Of a stretch of DNA of 64,000 nucleotides, positions 48,562-58,463 are shown piece after piece. The stretch is from assembly GCA_963667015.2 (NCBI GenBank), contig CAXXJJ010000004.1, positions 1,728,001 to 1,792,000 on the forward strand, in the 5' to 3' direction. The translations under genes and the position numbers were made by a program. The notes beneath the pieces are model-generated. The model made no database searches. It was not told the DNA's origin and saw nothing but the letters and a program-made list of their open reading frames with translations. The DNA comes from Desulfatiglandales bacterium (lineage in GTDB: Bacteria; Desulfobacterota; DSM-4660; Desulfatiglandales; HGW-15). Within the stretch, counting starts at the first letter, position 1, and every line of letters begins with the position of its first letter.

Positions 48562-49242
48562 TTACAGTTTTTTATTTTTATCTGACTTCATTACTGTATA
48601 GTGTATTAAACCATAAACAATAAGTATCAGGACAATAAAGGCCACAATCAATATAAAGTGTTCTGCTATGATTCCCTTCCCCTTGAGAACAAGCTCTCCA
48701 TAGGACATATCAACAAACAGACTCCCGAAATAATATCCTATACCAAGGAGAATCAGGGACCATATTCCTGCGCCAAGGCCTGTAAAAAAACTGAATTTTG
48801 AAAGAGGCATCCTTGAGATACCGGCGGGTAGAGATATTAACTGCCTGATTGCAGGAAGAAGGCGGCATATAAAAGTGGTTATATCTCCATATCTTAAAAA
48901 AATCTCCTCCGCCCTTGTAAGCACCCCCGGCTTAATAAAAAAATATTTCCCGTATTTGTACAGGAATGGTCGCCCCAGAGACATGGCTAGATAATAATTG
49001 ATATAAGCGCCGACAAGAGAACCAGAAAGTCCGCACAGGAATACGATAGTGATATCAACCAGTGGCTGCCCGAAGGTCAATTCGCCCCTGGCTGCCATAA
49101 ATCCGGCCGGAATCATTATTACTTCACTGGGAAAAGGTATAAAGGAACTCTCAATGGTCATCAGGATGAAAACCATCAAAAATCCCCAAACATATGCGTA
49201 TTCAACTGCCCATTCAATATGTTCAATAAGTATGTTTTCCAT
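48562..49242 (-). CDS. DedA-family membrane protein
   Basis: IESSFIPFPSEVIMIPAG, F..YG....F..RLLP.IR.LIS.PAG..RM. Confidence 0.94.
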   Translation of the reverse strand: MENILIEHIEWAVEYAYVWGFLMVFILMTIESSFIPFPSEVIMIPAGFMAARGELTFGQPLVDITIVFLCGLSGSLVGAYINYYLAMSLGRPFLYKYGKYFFIKPGVLTRAEEIFLRYGDITTFICRLLPAIRQLISLPAGISRMPLSKFSFFTGLGAGIWSLILLGIGYYFGSLFVDMSYGELVLKGKGIIAEHFILIVAFIVLILIVYGLIHYTVMKSDKNKKL

Positions 49243-49251
49243 CTATTTCCA

Positions 49252-50838
49252 TTATTGAGGTTGATGTCCAGTATCCATGAGATCAAAAACGGTTTTAACA
49301 GGGCTGAATGTGGCGGCAGGCACCTCAACGAATACAGTATTCCAGTAAGCCATTGAACCGTTCCATAAACCGGGGAGCTCCATGGCCTTGAGCGCCCTGC
49401 CGTTCTTTGATTTACTTGATATAAAGCCTGCATCATTATCAACAAACATTTTAAGATCAAATAGATTGCCATTATAGTCACGTACACCGCATACCAGATC
49501 AACAGGATTAAAATGTGTTGCAGATTCAAGAATCTGTTTCTGATCATTTTTACTCTTATCAATCTGCGATGCTTCAACAATCTGTATTGATATGCCCTTC
49601 CCTTTCTTTTCCACCCAGAAAGGCCCACCGCCTGGCGCCCCGGTGTTTTCAACCATTCCGCAGACCCTTAATGGCCGGTTGAGTATCTTAATAAGATACT
49701 TTTCTTTTTCTAGGTTACTGCCGTTTAATATACCTCCCGGAGGGATAATGGATAACTTTTTATGAATAAAAGCAAAAATCATTTGAAAGGAATCACCATC
49801 TGCCCGTCCTTCCATAAGTGTCTCGAGGTATTCGAACATCTCTTTCTGGAGAGAAATTAAAAGGCCTCCAAGAGCCTTTTTATACCGGTATGTTAAATCC
49901 TTGAACTTATCGATAACAACATTATCAATGTTTTTAATAAAGATAATATCTCCCTTGAGTTCTGATAAATTTTCTATGAGAGCACCATGACCCCCAGGCC
50001 GAAAGAGGAGAGAACCGTCATCTTCTCTGAACGGTTTATTATCCAGATCGACAGCAATGGTATCAGTCGAATGTTTCTGATATGAGTAACCAATATCATA
50101 TGCTGCCCCATCCTTTTCATAGCCGTTAAGGACATTAATGATAAATTCCTTTACCAGTTTTTCATGCTCCGGGGACACAGTAAAATGAATCCTGATTTTT
50201 CCATTTTTATCCTTTGTATAGTTAAAGGCCTCAACAAGATGTTCTTCAAAGGGGGTTCGCGAGGCATCATTATATTTATGAAAAGGAATTAATCCCTTGG
50301 GAATATTTGAGAGGTTAAGCCCTTTTTCAAATAACAGATATTCAAGTATTGTTTTTATCTGCCTGTTTTCAATACAATCCTCAAGATCTTCACCACTATC
50401 TTTCATTTTTGCCTTCAGCTCATCATAAAATGCATACCTGTCAATTTCTCTAATAAAGGATGACAGGGCTTCATCTGTATTATCTACTGCTTTGCCCTGA
50501 GAATCACAGCTGCCATAGAAAGCATTATATGCGCCTAACAGCAACTTGAACATCCTGGTGGCAGCACCGGAGGCAGGAACAAACTTCATACACCTGCTAT
50601 TACTCTGTGCATTGTTAAAAACCTGCATATACTTTTCTATATCCTTATCATCCAGGACGATTATTCCATCACCTGTTGTGCATGGTTTGACAATTTTGGT
50701 AAATGGCATACCCTTTTTAAATTTTTCAATCTGATCGAGTACCTGTTCAGGAGTCAATCCATGTGCAGATATTTCTTCAAGATCAGCCGTGGTAAAAATG
50801 GAAGTACTCATAACCGCTCCGTACATAGTGAATAACAT
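49252..50838 (-). CDS. DUF4301-family protein (start probably 50811)
   Basis: KFVPASGAATRMFK, FRPGGHGALIENL, GGGPFWV, THFNPVDLVCG, ELPGLWNG.MA. Confidence 0.88.
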   Translation of the reverse strand: MLFTMYGAVMSTSIFTTADLEEISAHGLTPEQVLDQIEKFKKGMPFTKIVKPCTTGDGIIVLDDKDIEKYMQVFNNAQSNSRCMKFVPASGAATRMFKLLLGAYNAFYGSCDSQGKAVDNTDEALSSFIREIDRYAFYDELKAKMKDSGEDLEDCIENRQIKTILEYLLFEKGLNLSNIPKGLIPFHKYNDASRTPFEEHLVEAFNYTKDKNGKIRIHFTVSPEHEKLVKEFIINVLNGYEKDGAAYDIGYSYQKHSTDTIAVDLDNKPFREDDGSLLFRPGGHGALIENLSELKGDIIFIKNIDNVVIDKFKDLTYRYKKALGGLLISLQKEMFEYLETLMEGRADGDSFQMIFAFIHKKLSIIPPGGILNGSNLEKEKYLIKILNRPLRVCGMVENTGAPGGGPFWVEKKGKGISIQIVEASQIDKSKNDQKQILESATHFNPVDLVCGVRDYNGNLFDLKMFVDNDAGFISSKSKNGRALKAMELPGLWNGSMAYWNTVFVEVPAATFSPVKTVFDLMDTGHQPQ

Positions 50839-50872
50839 TTCAATTTTGTATAGAATGAAAATTTATTTTAAA

Positions 50873-50888
50873 AGCAATTATCATGCCA
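50873..50888 (-). promoter_or_regulatory. sigma54 promoter of DUF4301-dedA
   Basis: Minus strand TGGCAT-GATAA-TTGCT. Confidence 0.8.
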
Positions 50889-51088
50889 ATACAATGTTAT
50901 TATCAGTACCTTATTCTACTCTTTTCATAAAAACAGGGTGGAATGATCTCAGCGATGCCTTGTAAAATGATTTTTATGGATAACTGCATCAGTTATTCGA
51001 TTTCTCTGATTTATAACTGCGCATACTTGACTGAGAAGGCGCCGTTCTGGCACATTATTTTTTCTTAAGGCATTTAAAATGATCTTTC

Positions 51089-52327
51089 CTATTTTTTATT
51101 TGCCTCCGCCTCGTTCATCAACACATCCATTGGGGCAATAAAGTGACTTCCGGTCATTCTTATCATTTCATTATCACTCTTTGAACAGGTCTTTACCAGT
51201 TCCAGCAAAACGTTACCTGCGGTTGTGTGCTTCCAGAACCATTCCTTCAGGGCCTTGCTTGACAACCCTTCCTGACCGGGCTGCGCTGTAACACCTTCAA
51301 TATAGTAAGCCTTGAGGTCTTCTGCCGCAAGCTTGAGCGTTACTGATATATCCACATCATCACGTGGATTATCAGGGATATCACCCTTTACAAAAGAGTA
51401 TAAAAATTCACCCAGCGTAGATATTTCGATTCCGCTACCGCCTGCTGTAGTTCTTCCCCTCTTTTTTAACGCTATTTCATACCATGGATGCATGGCCTGA
51501 ATCTCCCTGATAAAACTTGTTTTAAGCAGGTCAGGGTCATCAGGTTTCTCTTCTTCAAAACTTACGGGACAGGATAACACCTCAACACCATCATCTGTTT
51601 CAGGCGCATCTTCCGGAAAATCATCTATAATAATTGGGCCATCATCTCTTTCGAACAGGCTCAGCAGTGAAAAAAGGACCTTTCGCTGAAAGCCTTTATC
51701 ATTAGGAACTCCAAGCGGACGGCCCAATTCAAATGGCACCCAGAGAGATCTTGGAGGTTTTACCTTCTCTGTATGGGGTCTTATCAGACTTATGTTTACG
51801 GTAGGAATTCCCTGTTCTTCAATCAGATGTGCAAGAACGCCGCCGGCGATCGTGCAGCCGGGTCAGACAGGAAAAAGAAGTACGGCGTCTACCTTATCCT
51901 TTTTTAGCAGAATCCCCAGTTCCTTTGCAGCAGTCTCGCTCTGCGTCATGGTTAAAGGTGTACCAAAGGCATAATGAAAATCAGCCAGGCTTCCTATGGT
52001 GCCCTCTTCTGCAAGTTCACGCAACCGGTCGATCGGGAAAACAACATTCAGATCCCTCTGGTAGCCGGTCCTGTCAAAGCTTGCGGCACCGTGTGACATT
52101 ACAAGGTCGCTGTTAACCGCATGACCAGGGATAACACGATACAGGTCAGCCTGCCCCATCTGAAAGGGTCTGTCACTCCGCATATGAAGTCCGGCAGTCG
52201 TAATCATAGCCACCCTTCTCCGGTTAAGGGGCGGCCCCTCGGCCCAGGGCTGGTTTTCAAATGAAGGACACTCCATGCCCATTAAAAAATTCTGTTCAAA
52301 TTCAGGTAAATTCGCCATTTGTACCAT
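51089..52327 (-). CDS. GrdB/PrdB-like selenoprotein (412 aa, Sec encoded by UGA at 51863-51865, UxxC motif)
   Basis: ORFs 51863-52327 and 51089-51739 are in one frame; readthrough gives ...VLLFPV-U-PGCTIAGGVLAHLIEEQGIPTV...KPPRSLWVPFELGRPLG; stem-loop 3' of the UGA. Confidence 0.85.
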
Positions 52328-52510
52328 TTCGCTTATCTCCCTTACGTCTTTTAGTGATTGTTATAATGAATATGTATTTTTATCAATGGTAAAAAATATA
52401 TTTTGCAGGGGAAAATAATTTAACATGTGGAATGATGAATAGCCCAAACTCCCACCTGCTTTTGGCCGATGGGTGTTTGGGGCGGTTGAAATGTTTTTGA
52501 TCAAGAAGAA

Positions 52511-53170
52511 TTACTTGACTTTAGGCATACCTCTTAATTCCATATAACCCATGGTCTGGTATTTACCGTTAAAGTATGGAGCAAGCTGAAGTGCACTGAA
52601 CATCATTGGCTTGGTAAGTCTTTTGATATCACATGGGTTATGTTCCAGACCTGCCGGGATATAGAGAACAGTAGCCTCGGTGATAACATGCCGTTCATAC
52701 TCCGGTCCCATAAAATATTCTATTTCTCCGTCAAAAGAACCAACCAGGTCCGGCAGTTCTGCACCCAGGAAGAACAGATATTCATCAGTATCATGATGAT
52801 GGGATTCCATCTCCAGCCTGTAGGGTTTTGTAAAAACCTGCCAGCCCATGTTTATTTTTGCACCGGGAAGATCGCTGTCGCCCCTGAAATATGCCTGCGG
52901 ACCTGCTACAACATCAGTTATGGTATTTTCCTTTAAGCTTGTGCTGAATAAATGGTCATATATGTGGCCGTCTGTACCCTTGGGCCATGGAGGAGGATCC
53001 CTGAAAAAAGGGGAATCTTTTTTCTTCTCTTCTTCCTTGGCACCAGCTACTATTGGGGCGCCCAATGTTGCAAGAGCGCTGGCAATAGCTGCCCCGGCTG
53101 CGCCTGCTGACACGCCTCTGAGCAAATTTCTTCTTCCTTCATCTACTTCATTGTCTTTTTTAGAACTCAT
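52511..53170 (-). CDS. Cupin-fold protein with twin-arginine signal
   Basis: GRRNLLRG plus hydrophobic stretch; HHHDTDEYLFF and IPAGLEHNP cupin motifs. Confidence 0.8.
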   Translation of the reverse strand: MSSKKDNEVDEGRRNLLRGVSAGAAGAAIASALATLGAPIVAGAKEEEKKKDSPFFRDPPPWPKGTDGHIYDHLFSTSLKENTITDVVAGPQAYFRGDSDLPGAKINMGWQVFTKPYRLEMESHHHDTDEYLFFLGAELPDLVGSFDGEIEYFMGPEYERHVITEATVLYIPAGLEHNPCDIKRLTKPMMFSALQLAPYFNGKYQTMGYMELRGMPKVK

Positions 53171-53244
53171 CTATTTCTCCTTTCAATATATTAGTTCAAT
53201 AAAAAAAAGAATATCTCTCGCCTGTTCCCTTAGGTCACTCTATT

Positions 53245-53318
53245 TCGCAGAGAACGCAAAGAAATATTTTTTTATCAACAAAATTATTTCTTTGCTTTTT
53301 CTCTGTGGCCTCTGCGAG
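53245..53318. repeat. REP-like extragenic palindrome
   Basis: TCGCAGAG-AACGCAAAGAAAT ... ATTTCTTTGC ... CTCTGTGGC-CTCTGCGA inverted arms. Confidence 0.5.
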
Positions 53319-53344
53319 ACACATGTTTTTTCCTTTTCTGCACC

Positions 53345-54844
53345 CTATGCTTCCGGTGCTATAAAATTGGGGGGTGCAATAACATTCACATTCATTCTCA
53401 CCAGTGAATCGGAGATCTCCTTTCCATAGCTTCCTGCGATCATATTATGGTGAATTCCTACTATATTTTGCAGAAAACCCTTAATATCATTTATCTTTAT
53501 CTCGGCCATATTGGTGCAAAACTTGCGCATCTTACTGTATTCTGGCGGAGCGTCCTTAAAGGAAGGGGTAGCCCTGTCATCAACCATCTCCTGAACCCTT
53601 CCCGGCCATACTACAAAATCTTTCAGATCCTTGCTGAATCCGCCAATGGTAACATCAAGCCCAACAGGGTATTCTATTTCACAGGTTCCTCCCTTTCCCA
53701 TACCATGGTAATCCCTGAGGACATATGGCTGTTGAGGGGCATCAGGGCCAAAAATCTTTGTAGGGGCTACACAATGTCGGAGAATTGTGCTCGATTTTTG
53801 GATATCCAACGAAGAAACATTACTTTGAAAAGATGGCCTTCCACTGACTTCCTGTAACAGCATTGATGTAAGCATCATACATACATCGGCTTCACATGCA
53901 GCGGTTATTCCTTCGTCCCTCAGTCTTGTAAATGCGAGACAGGGAAGCGGGATAGTATTATCAGATCCGAATGAAAATGCCAGACAATCTACAGATACAG
54001 CGGACAGTCCTTCTTTGTCTACAAGAGATCGCAGCAGTAAATACATCCTGGAACTGTGAAGAATCATCTCATCCGAAAGCTCAACAATTTTTTTTGCTCC
54101 CTTTTTCCATCTTTCCATTTCTTTTCTGGCGGCAGCCTCATCAACACCTTTTATAAGCTCTTTCAGATCATCTATGGGGCGATGTATGACCCTGACGCCT
54201 GTTATATTATAAATATAATCCTCATTCAGGTTGGGTGAAGGTATACTTGTTGACCCGAAAGGTTTACTGAATATCATTGCTTTCTTGCCTTCCAGAGGTC
54301 TCGGAGCTGATACTACCTTTATCAGCTCAAGAGCATGAGCTTCCGAATTGGCGACAAGCGCATTTGTGCCTTTTATGCGGAATGATGCCGCAAGATCTGT
54401 CTCCCACATAATCAGCATATTATTTGCGGGAAGAAGAATTACAGGAATATCCAAGGTACCCATGCCTTCAGCGATATTTCTGGAGGACATGAACTGACCG
54501 GGCAGCATCATAAAAATAACATCCGCATTCTTATCTTTAATAGGCTTGAGAAGATCCTCAGGTTTTTTTAAATCGGCTTTTACCGTGAAAACCTGGATAT
54601 CATATTCCTTGATTGATTTAATCGACTCGATTATTTTTTCAAACTGCTCCGGAGCATCACTTATAAAAAGCAGATTTCTTTTCTTTCCGGCAGGGCTTGG
54701 TTTTACTCCGGAAAAAGCTACAGTATTCTGCATTGCAAAGCCGGTAGAAGGCAAGGCTGGTAGGCTTGCAGCCATCCCTGCAAGGGCTGTTGTTTTAAAA
54801 AAATCGCGCCTGCTTATCCGTGTCCATTTTGGTTGATCCTTCAT
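53345..54844 (-). CDS. L-fucose/L-arabinose isomerase-like protein with twin-arginine signal
   Basis: SRRDFFK signal; VDC, PCLA...L.D.GI.AACEAD, HC, C.N and GIHH motifs. Confidence 0.72.
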   Translation of the reverse strand: MKDQPKWTRISRRDFFKTTALAGMAASLPALPSTGFAMQNTVAFSGVKPSPAGKKRNLLFISDAPEQFEKIIESIKSIKEYDIQVFTVKADLKKPEDLLKPIKDKNADVIFMMLPGQFMSSRNIAEGMGTLDIPVILLPANNMLIMWETDLAASFRIKGTNALVANSEAHALELIKVVSAPRPLEGKKAMIFSKPFGSTSIPSPNLNEDYIYNITGVRVIHRPIDDLKELIKGVDEAAARKEMERWKKGAKKIVELSDEMILHSSRMYLLLRSLVDKEGLSAVSVDCLAFSFGSDNTIPLPCLAFTRLRDEGITAACEADVCMMLTSMLLQEVSGRPSFQSNVSSLDIQKSSTILRHCVAPTKIFGPDAPQQPYVLRDYHGMGKGGTCEIEYPVGLDVTIGGFSKDLKDFVVWPGRVQEMVDDRATPSFKDAPPEYSKMRKFCTNMAEIKINDIKGFLQNIVGIHHNMIAGSYGKEISDSLVRMNVNVIAPPNFIAPEA

Positions 54845-55113
54845 CTATACATCCTCCTTTTATTTACATTACCTATCAGGTTATCCTTTTCATGCCATGG
54901 TTTTATTTATAGTTAAGTTACATATTATTTAGAATTCATCAATATCCTTATCAAATGAAGCTTTATGGAACCTGTAAATATGATTTTATCTGTTTAGCAA
55001 TTACCGGGATGTAAATCCCGATTTTATTATTGAGATGCGGTTTTGCATTGTAATACCCAATAATGAGCGAGTCAAACCTTAATATCAAAACTTGAAGTAT
55101 CTGTAATATTCTC

Positions 55114-55139
55114 TGTAACCATTTAAATCCTCCAACGTT
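55114..55139 (+). promoter_or_regulatory. ECF-type promoter of two small exported protein genes
   Basis: TGTAACC-N15-CGTT, same as the motif upstream of the ECF sigma gene. Confidence 0.7.
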
Positions 55140-55222
55140 ATATAAGCAATATCAGGATACTCAGGTGTAAAAAATGCGACTGAAAAAGTCTCAACCAGAA
55201 TCAACCTTCAGGAGGTAAAAAA

Positions 55223-55507
55223 ATGGTTAAAAAATTATTTATAATCTCAACAGCAGCAATGATTATGTTTTCTCCCATGGCCTTTGCAAGAGGAGGAAAC
55301 GCAGGTGGAGGAAAAGGTAAAGCCTATTCAGGCTCTTTGAGCCAGGGAACAGCATCCCAGGTCAGGACTCGGATTAATACTCAAACCAGGACCAGGACAA
55401 AGCTTGGTGATGGTTCAGGCAAAACAACATCCGGTACAAAAGGCAGTGGAGATATGATCAGGGATAGAAAAAAGGATAAACTGCAGGACGGTTCATGTAA
55501 TGAATAA
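55223..55507 (+). CDS. Small exported Gly/Arg/Thr-rich protein
   Basis: GGAGG SD; signal peptide ending AFA; low-complexity mature part ending LQDGSCNE. Confidence 0.8.
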   Translation: MVKKLFIISTAAMIMFSPMAFARGGNAGGGKGKAYSGSLSQGTASQVRTRINTQTRTRTKLGDGSGKTTSGTKGSGDMIRDRKKDKLQDGSCNE

Positions 55508-55536
55508 GGGGTAATTTTAAAATAGGAGAGCTTAAA

Positions 55537-55704
55537 ATGAAAAAACTGATAATAATTTTTATTGTTTCCGTTTTTACACTTTGTGTATTCAGCCCTTTAA
55601 ATGCAGGGGAGAGCCCGGGTCCAGCTCCAAATTCAGGAGATGGCATTCCTGATGGAAGTGGTTTTCCGATACCTCCATCACCCGGACCCGGGAATGGGAA
55701 CTAG
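55537..55704 (+). CDS. 55-aa exported Gly/Pro-rich peptide (not in ORF track)
   Basis: AGGAG SD; MKKLIIIFIVSVFTLCVFSPLNA-GESPGPAPNSGDGIPDGSGFPIPPSPGPGNGN; terminator follows. Confidence 0.75.
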   Translation: MKKLIIIFIVSVFTLCVFSPLNAGESPGPAPNSGDGIPDGSGFPIPPSPGPGNGN

Positions 55705-55741
55705 ACACTTTCTGCTTTAATCTTTTATCTTACCAATAAAA

Positions 55742-55778
55742 GGCGTTAATTTTCAAAAAGTTAACGCTTTTTTCTTTT
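55742..55778 (+). terminator. Intrinsic terminator
   Basis: GCGTTAATTTT/AAAGTTAACGC stem plus T-run. Confidence 0.75.
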
Positions 55779-55866
55779 CAATTCCATACAAGATGATAAT
55801 ATAGCAGAGACGTGTTTCAAGCCAGTCTCGACATACTAATATTGAAAACTCATCAAAATTGATTCA

Positions 55867-57057
55867 TTGAAATCAGGAGTTCTTAAAATGCAGAAACCAT
55901 CACCGATTAAATCCATAAGTATATTTTTAGTATTGATAGCATTTGTAGGAACTCTTTCAATGGTATCAGACAGACTTTGGGGAGGAAAAACGGAGTCTAT
56001 ACCCGAAATAAAGAATTTAACTATTGATACAAACATGAATATGAAAGAGTTTGGACTTGCAAATAATATCCCAAATCCTGCTCTAAAGGAGATTTTTTAT
56101 CTTCAGTCCAAATCAGATCTGGAAAAAAAACTCGCGGAATACGGAACACCGGAACAGGTCAAAACCCGTGTAATAAAAAAGATGGCTCTTACCGCTGAAC
56201 ACGAAAGCAAAAACTGGAAAAAAATCCTTATAAAATTTTTGCTGTGGGCTGCATTTTTGATTACAGTCTATTTCCGGTTCAGTAAACACAAAGTCAGCCA
56301 GAAGGCACGTAAAACAACACTCTTCCTATCTCTGCTGATCTTTGGTGTTATTCTGGGATCCGATCCAAGCCCGATGGGAACAGTAAAAGATGCGATTCAT
56401 CTGTTCGGATCTACAGGCGCAATATTTCCACCCCGCATGATGGCGCTTCTGGTATTCCTCCTGATGGTCTTTCTTGCAAATAAATATATATGCGCATGGG
56501 GCTGCCAGGTGGGCACCCTTCAGGACCTTATTTTCAGGGTTAACCAGACTGATAACATGAAGACAATCATTGGTAAACAGGTTAAAATTCCTTTTATCTT
56601 ATCAAACAGCACCCGCGTTCTTTTTCTGATCATTTTTACAATTGCCGCATTTTTATGGGGAACAGATATTGTTGAGCCCATTGACCCCTTCAGGATATAT
56701 AAACCGGCACACCTGGGAATTGTCGGTGCAATATTTGCCGGTATAATACTGATTATGAGCCTTTTTATTTACAGGCCATGGTGCCACTTCTTTTGTCCCT
56801 TTGGATTGGTTGGCTGGCTGGTAGAAAAAGCAGGAAGAGTAAAAATAACTGTTGACTATCAAACCTGCATTGCCTGCCAAAAGTGTGCGATATCGTGCCC
56901 GTCTACAGTTATGGGTGCTATTTTAAAACAGGATAAAATGACAATACCGGACTGTTTTGCCTGCTATGTATGCAGGGAAGTTTGTCCCACCGGGTCGATA
57001 AACTTCTCTAAAAGAAAGAGAACATTACCTCCGGCAGGACATTTTGAAAAAGATTAA
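55867..57057 (+). CDS. Membrane polyferredoxin (NapH/MauN-like 4Fe-4S protein); start probably 55888
   Basis: CAWGCQ and CHFFCP motifs, two CxxCxxCxxxCP clusters, several TMs. Confidence 0.88.
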   Translation: MKSGVLKMQKPSPIKSISIFLVLIAFVGTLSMVSDRLWGGKTESIPEIKNLTIDTNMNMKEFGLANNIPNPALKEIFYLQSKSDLEKKLAEYGTPEQVKTRVIKKMALTAEHESKNWKKILIKFLLWAAFLITVYFRFSKHKVSQKARKTTLFLSLLIFGVILGSDPSPMGTVKDAIHLFGSTGAIFPPRMMALLVFLLMVFLANKYICAWGCQVGTLQDLIFRVNQTDNMKTIIGKQVKIPFILSNSTRVLFLIIFTIAAFLWGTDIVEPIDPFRIYKPAHLGIVGAIFAGIILIMSLFIYRPWCHFFCPFGLVGWLVEKAGRVKITVDYQTCIACQKCAISCPSTVMGAILKQDKMTIPDCFACYVCREVCPTGSINFSKRKRTLPPAGHFEKD

Positions 57058-57087
57058 TTCCGAATGGGTTGATACAGATCAATGGTC

Positions 57088-58077
57088 CTATCTGCCTCCT
57101 TTACCGCCACCTCCTCCTGAACCGCCGGAGCCTTGACCTGATCCTCCTCCACCCATACCTCCTCCACCCATGCCTCCTGAGCCACCACCAATACCTGAAC
57201 CGGCTCCGCCTGCTGCACCGCCTGCACCTCCCTGACCGCTCCCCATACCGGCTCCGTATCCGTTCCCGAAGCTGTTTCCGTTCATGGCATTGGCAGAGTT
57301 GATATAACCCTTTTGCGCCATAGCATCCACGGATGTACCTGAATTCATACCCCTTGAAAAGTTTTCTGCTATGGTAGTCGGATTATACTTTGCTCTTGCC
57401 TGGGTAACAAAGGCCTTTTCAAGTTGACGCATTTTCCCCTGATCATAACCGTTCCGCAGTGCGTTATCTACCACATCTACTACTGATGCGGAGCTGGCAC
57501 CCATACGAGCCATGGTCTTTATTGTCATGAGAGTCTGTATCTTTAAAGAAGTTGCGTCTCCGCTGTTTTGAGTCTTCTGACTTGTCAAAGTTCTGACCAT
57601 CCTGCCCATATGATTCTCAGTTACACCGGCAGCTAGAGATTCTGCAATCTGTCCGGTAAGGAGCCGGGCCTGCTTGCCGTCGCTATCCATCTGATGAGCA
57701 TACTGGCTGGCTGTCTGATAGCGTTCCTGAACCTTTTCCATTGCCTTAATAATATTTTCATTCTGTACGCGTTTCCCAATACCCTCATGAAGTTTACTCA
57801 TCACAGGTTCTTCGGAAAGCCCATTCTTCCTTGCTTCACCTACTATTTCATAGGCTTTTATCATCTGCTGCGCTGTGAACCGGCTCCGGAGCATTGATTG
57901 AGTCATCTTAACAACCCCCCGATTTTCAACACCAAGACGAATAACCTGTCTGGCTATCTCTTTTATCTGAGCAGGGGTATCGCCAGGGAGTTCATCATCC
58001 AGCACATCGGCAATCAATACCGAAGGCACAAAAAACACAAAAACCAGGCCTATTATAATTTTTTTAAGTAAATCCAT
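57088..58077 (-). CDS. Exported helical protein with Gly-rich C-terminal tail
   Basis: Signal peptide; last gene of the ECF operon. Confidence 0.78.
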   Translation of the reverse strand: MDLLKKIIIGLVFVFFVPSVLIADVLDDELPGDTPAQIKEIARQVIRLGVENRGVVKMTQSMLRSRFTAQQMIKAYEIVGEARKNGLSEEPVMSKLHEGIGKRVQNENIIKAMEKVQERYQTASQYAHQMDSDGKQARLLTGQIAESLAAGVTENHMGRMVRTLTSQKTQNSGDATSLKIQTLMTIKTMARMGASSASVVDVVDNALRNGYDQGKMRQLEKAFVTQARAKYNPTTIAENFSRGMNSGTSVDAMAQKGYINSANAMNGNSFGNGYGAGMGSGQGGAGGAAGGAGSGIGGGSGGMGGGGMGGGGSGQGSGGSGGGGGKGGR

Positions 58078-58125
58078 TTTATCCTCACAGCTATAATTTA
58101 TTAATATAATCCATTAAACAGGATA

Positions 58126-58461
58126 TCATCTCATCCCCAATAGAGGGTTATAAACACAATTCTCAGATCCAAAGTCATCCTTTTCCTTCATGTCACAGGC
58201 CGGAACGAGAACCTCGTCATCCACAAGATAGAAGTATTTGAACTCTTCATCAGAAGGGAAAACAGTCTCCCATATACCTGCACCAGAGTGGATCGCCTGA
58301 CGGGGTGTATATTCGTCAAGAGAACAAAGGACATAGACCTTTTCTGCTTTTTTATCTTTAAAATAAATATGAACTTCCTGGCCTATCACCTTGTATTCGT
58401 GGACAGTACATCCCGCACTTAATAGAACGAATATTGATAAAAGTGATAACAATGTCTTCAC
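58126..58461 (-). CDS. Lipoprotein with AMPK1_CBM/CBM48-like domain
   Basis: Lipobox SAG-C; G.W......YFYLVD...P......DDFGSENCV. Confidence 0.8.
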   Translation of the reverse strand: MKTLLSLLSIFVLLSAGCTVHEYKVIGQEVHIYFKDKKAEKVYVLCSLDEYTPRQAIHSGAGIWETVFPSDEEFKYFYLVDDEVLVPACDMKEKDDFGSENCVYNPLLGMR

Positions 58462-58463
58462 CC

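Noticed and set aside
51089..51739. Stand-alone 216-aa gene, or a nonsense-mutation pseudogene
   Set aside because: It is in frame with the upstream ORF across a UGA in a UxxC context, which is better explained as selenocysteine.
52848..53429. 193-aa plus-strand ORF
   Set aside because: Antisense to the cupin gene and runs across the REP-like repeat.
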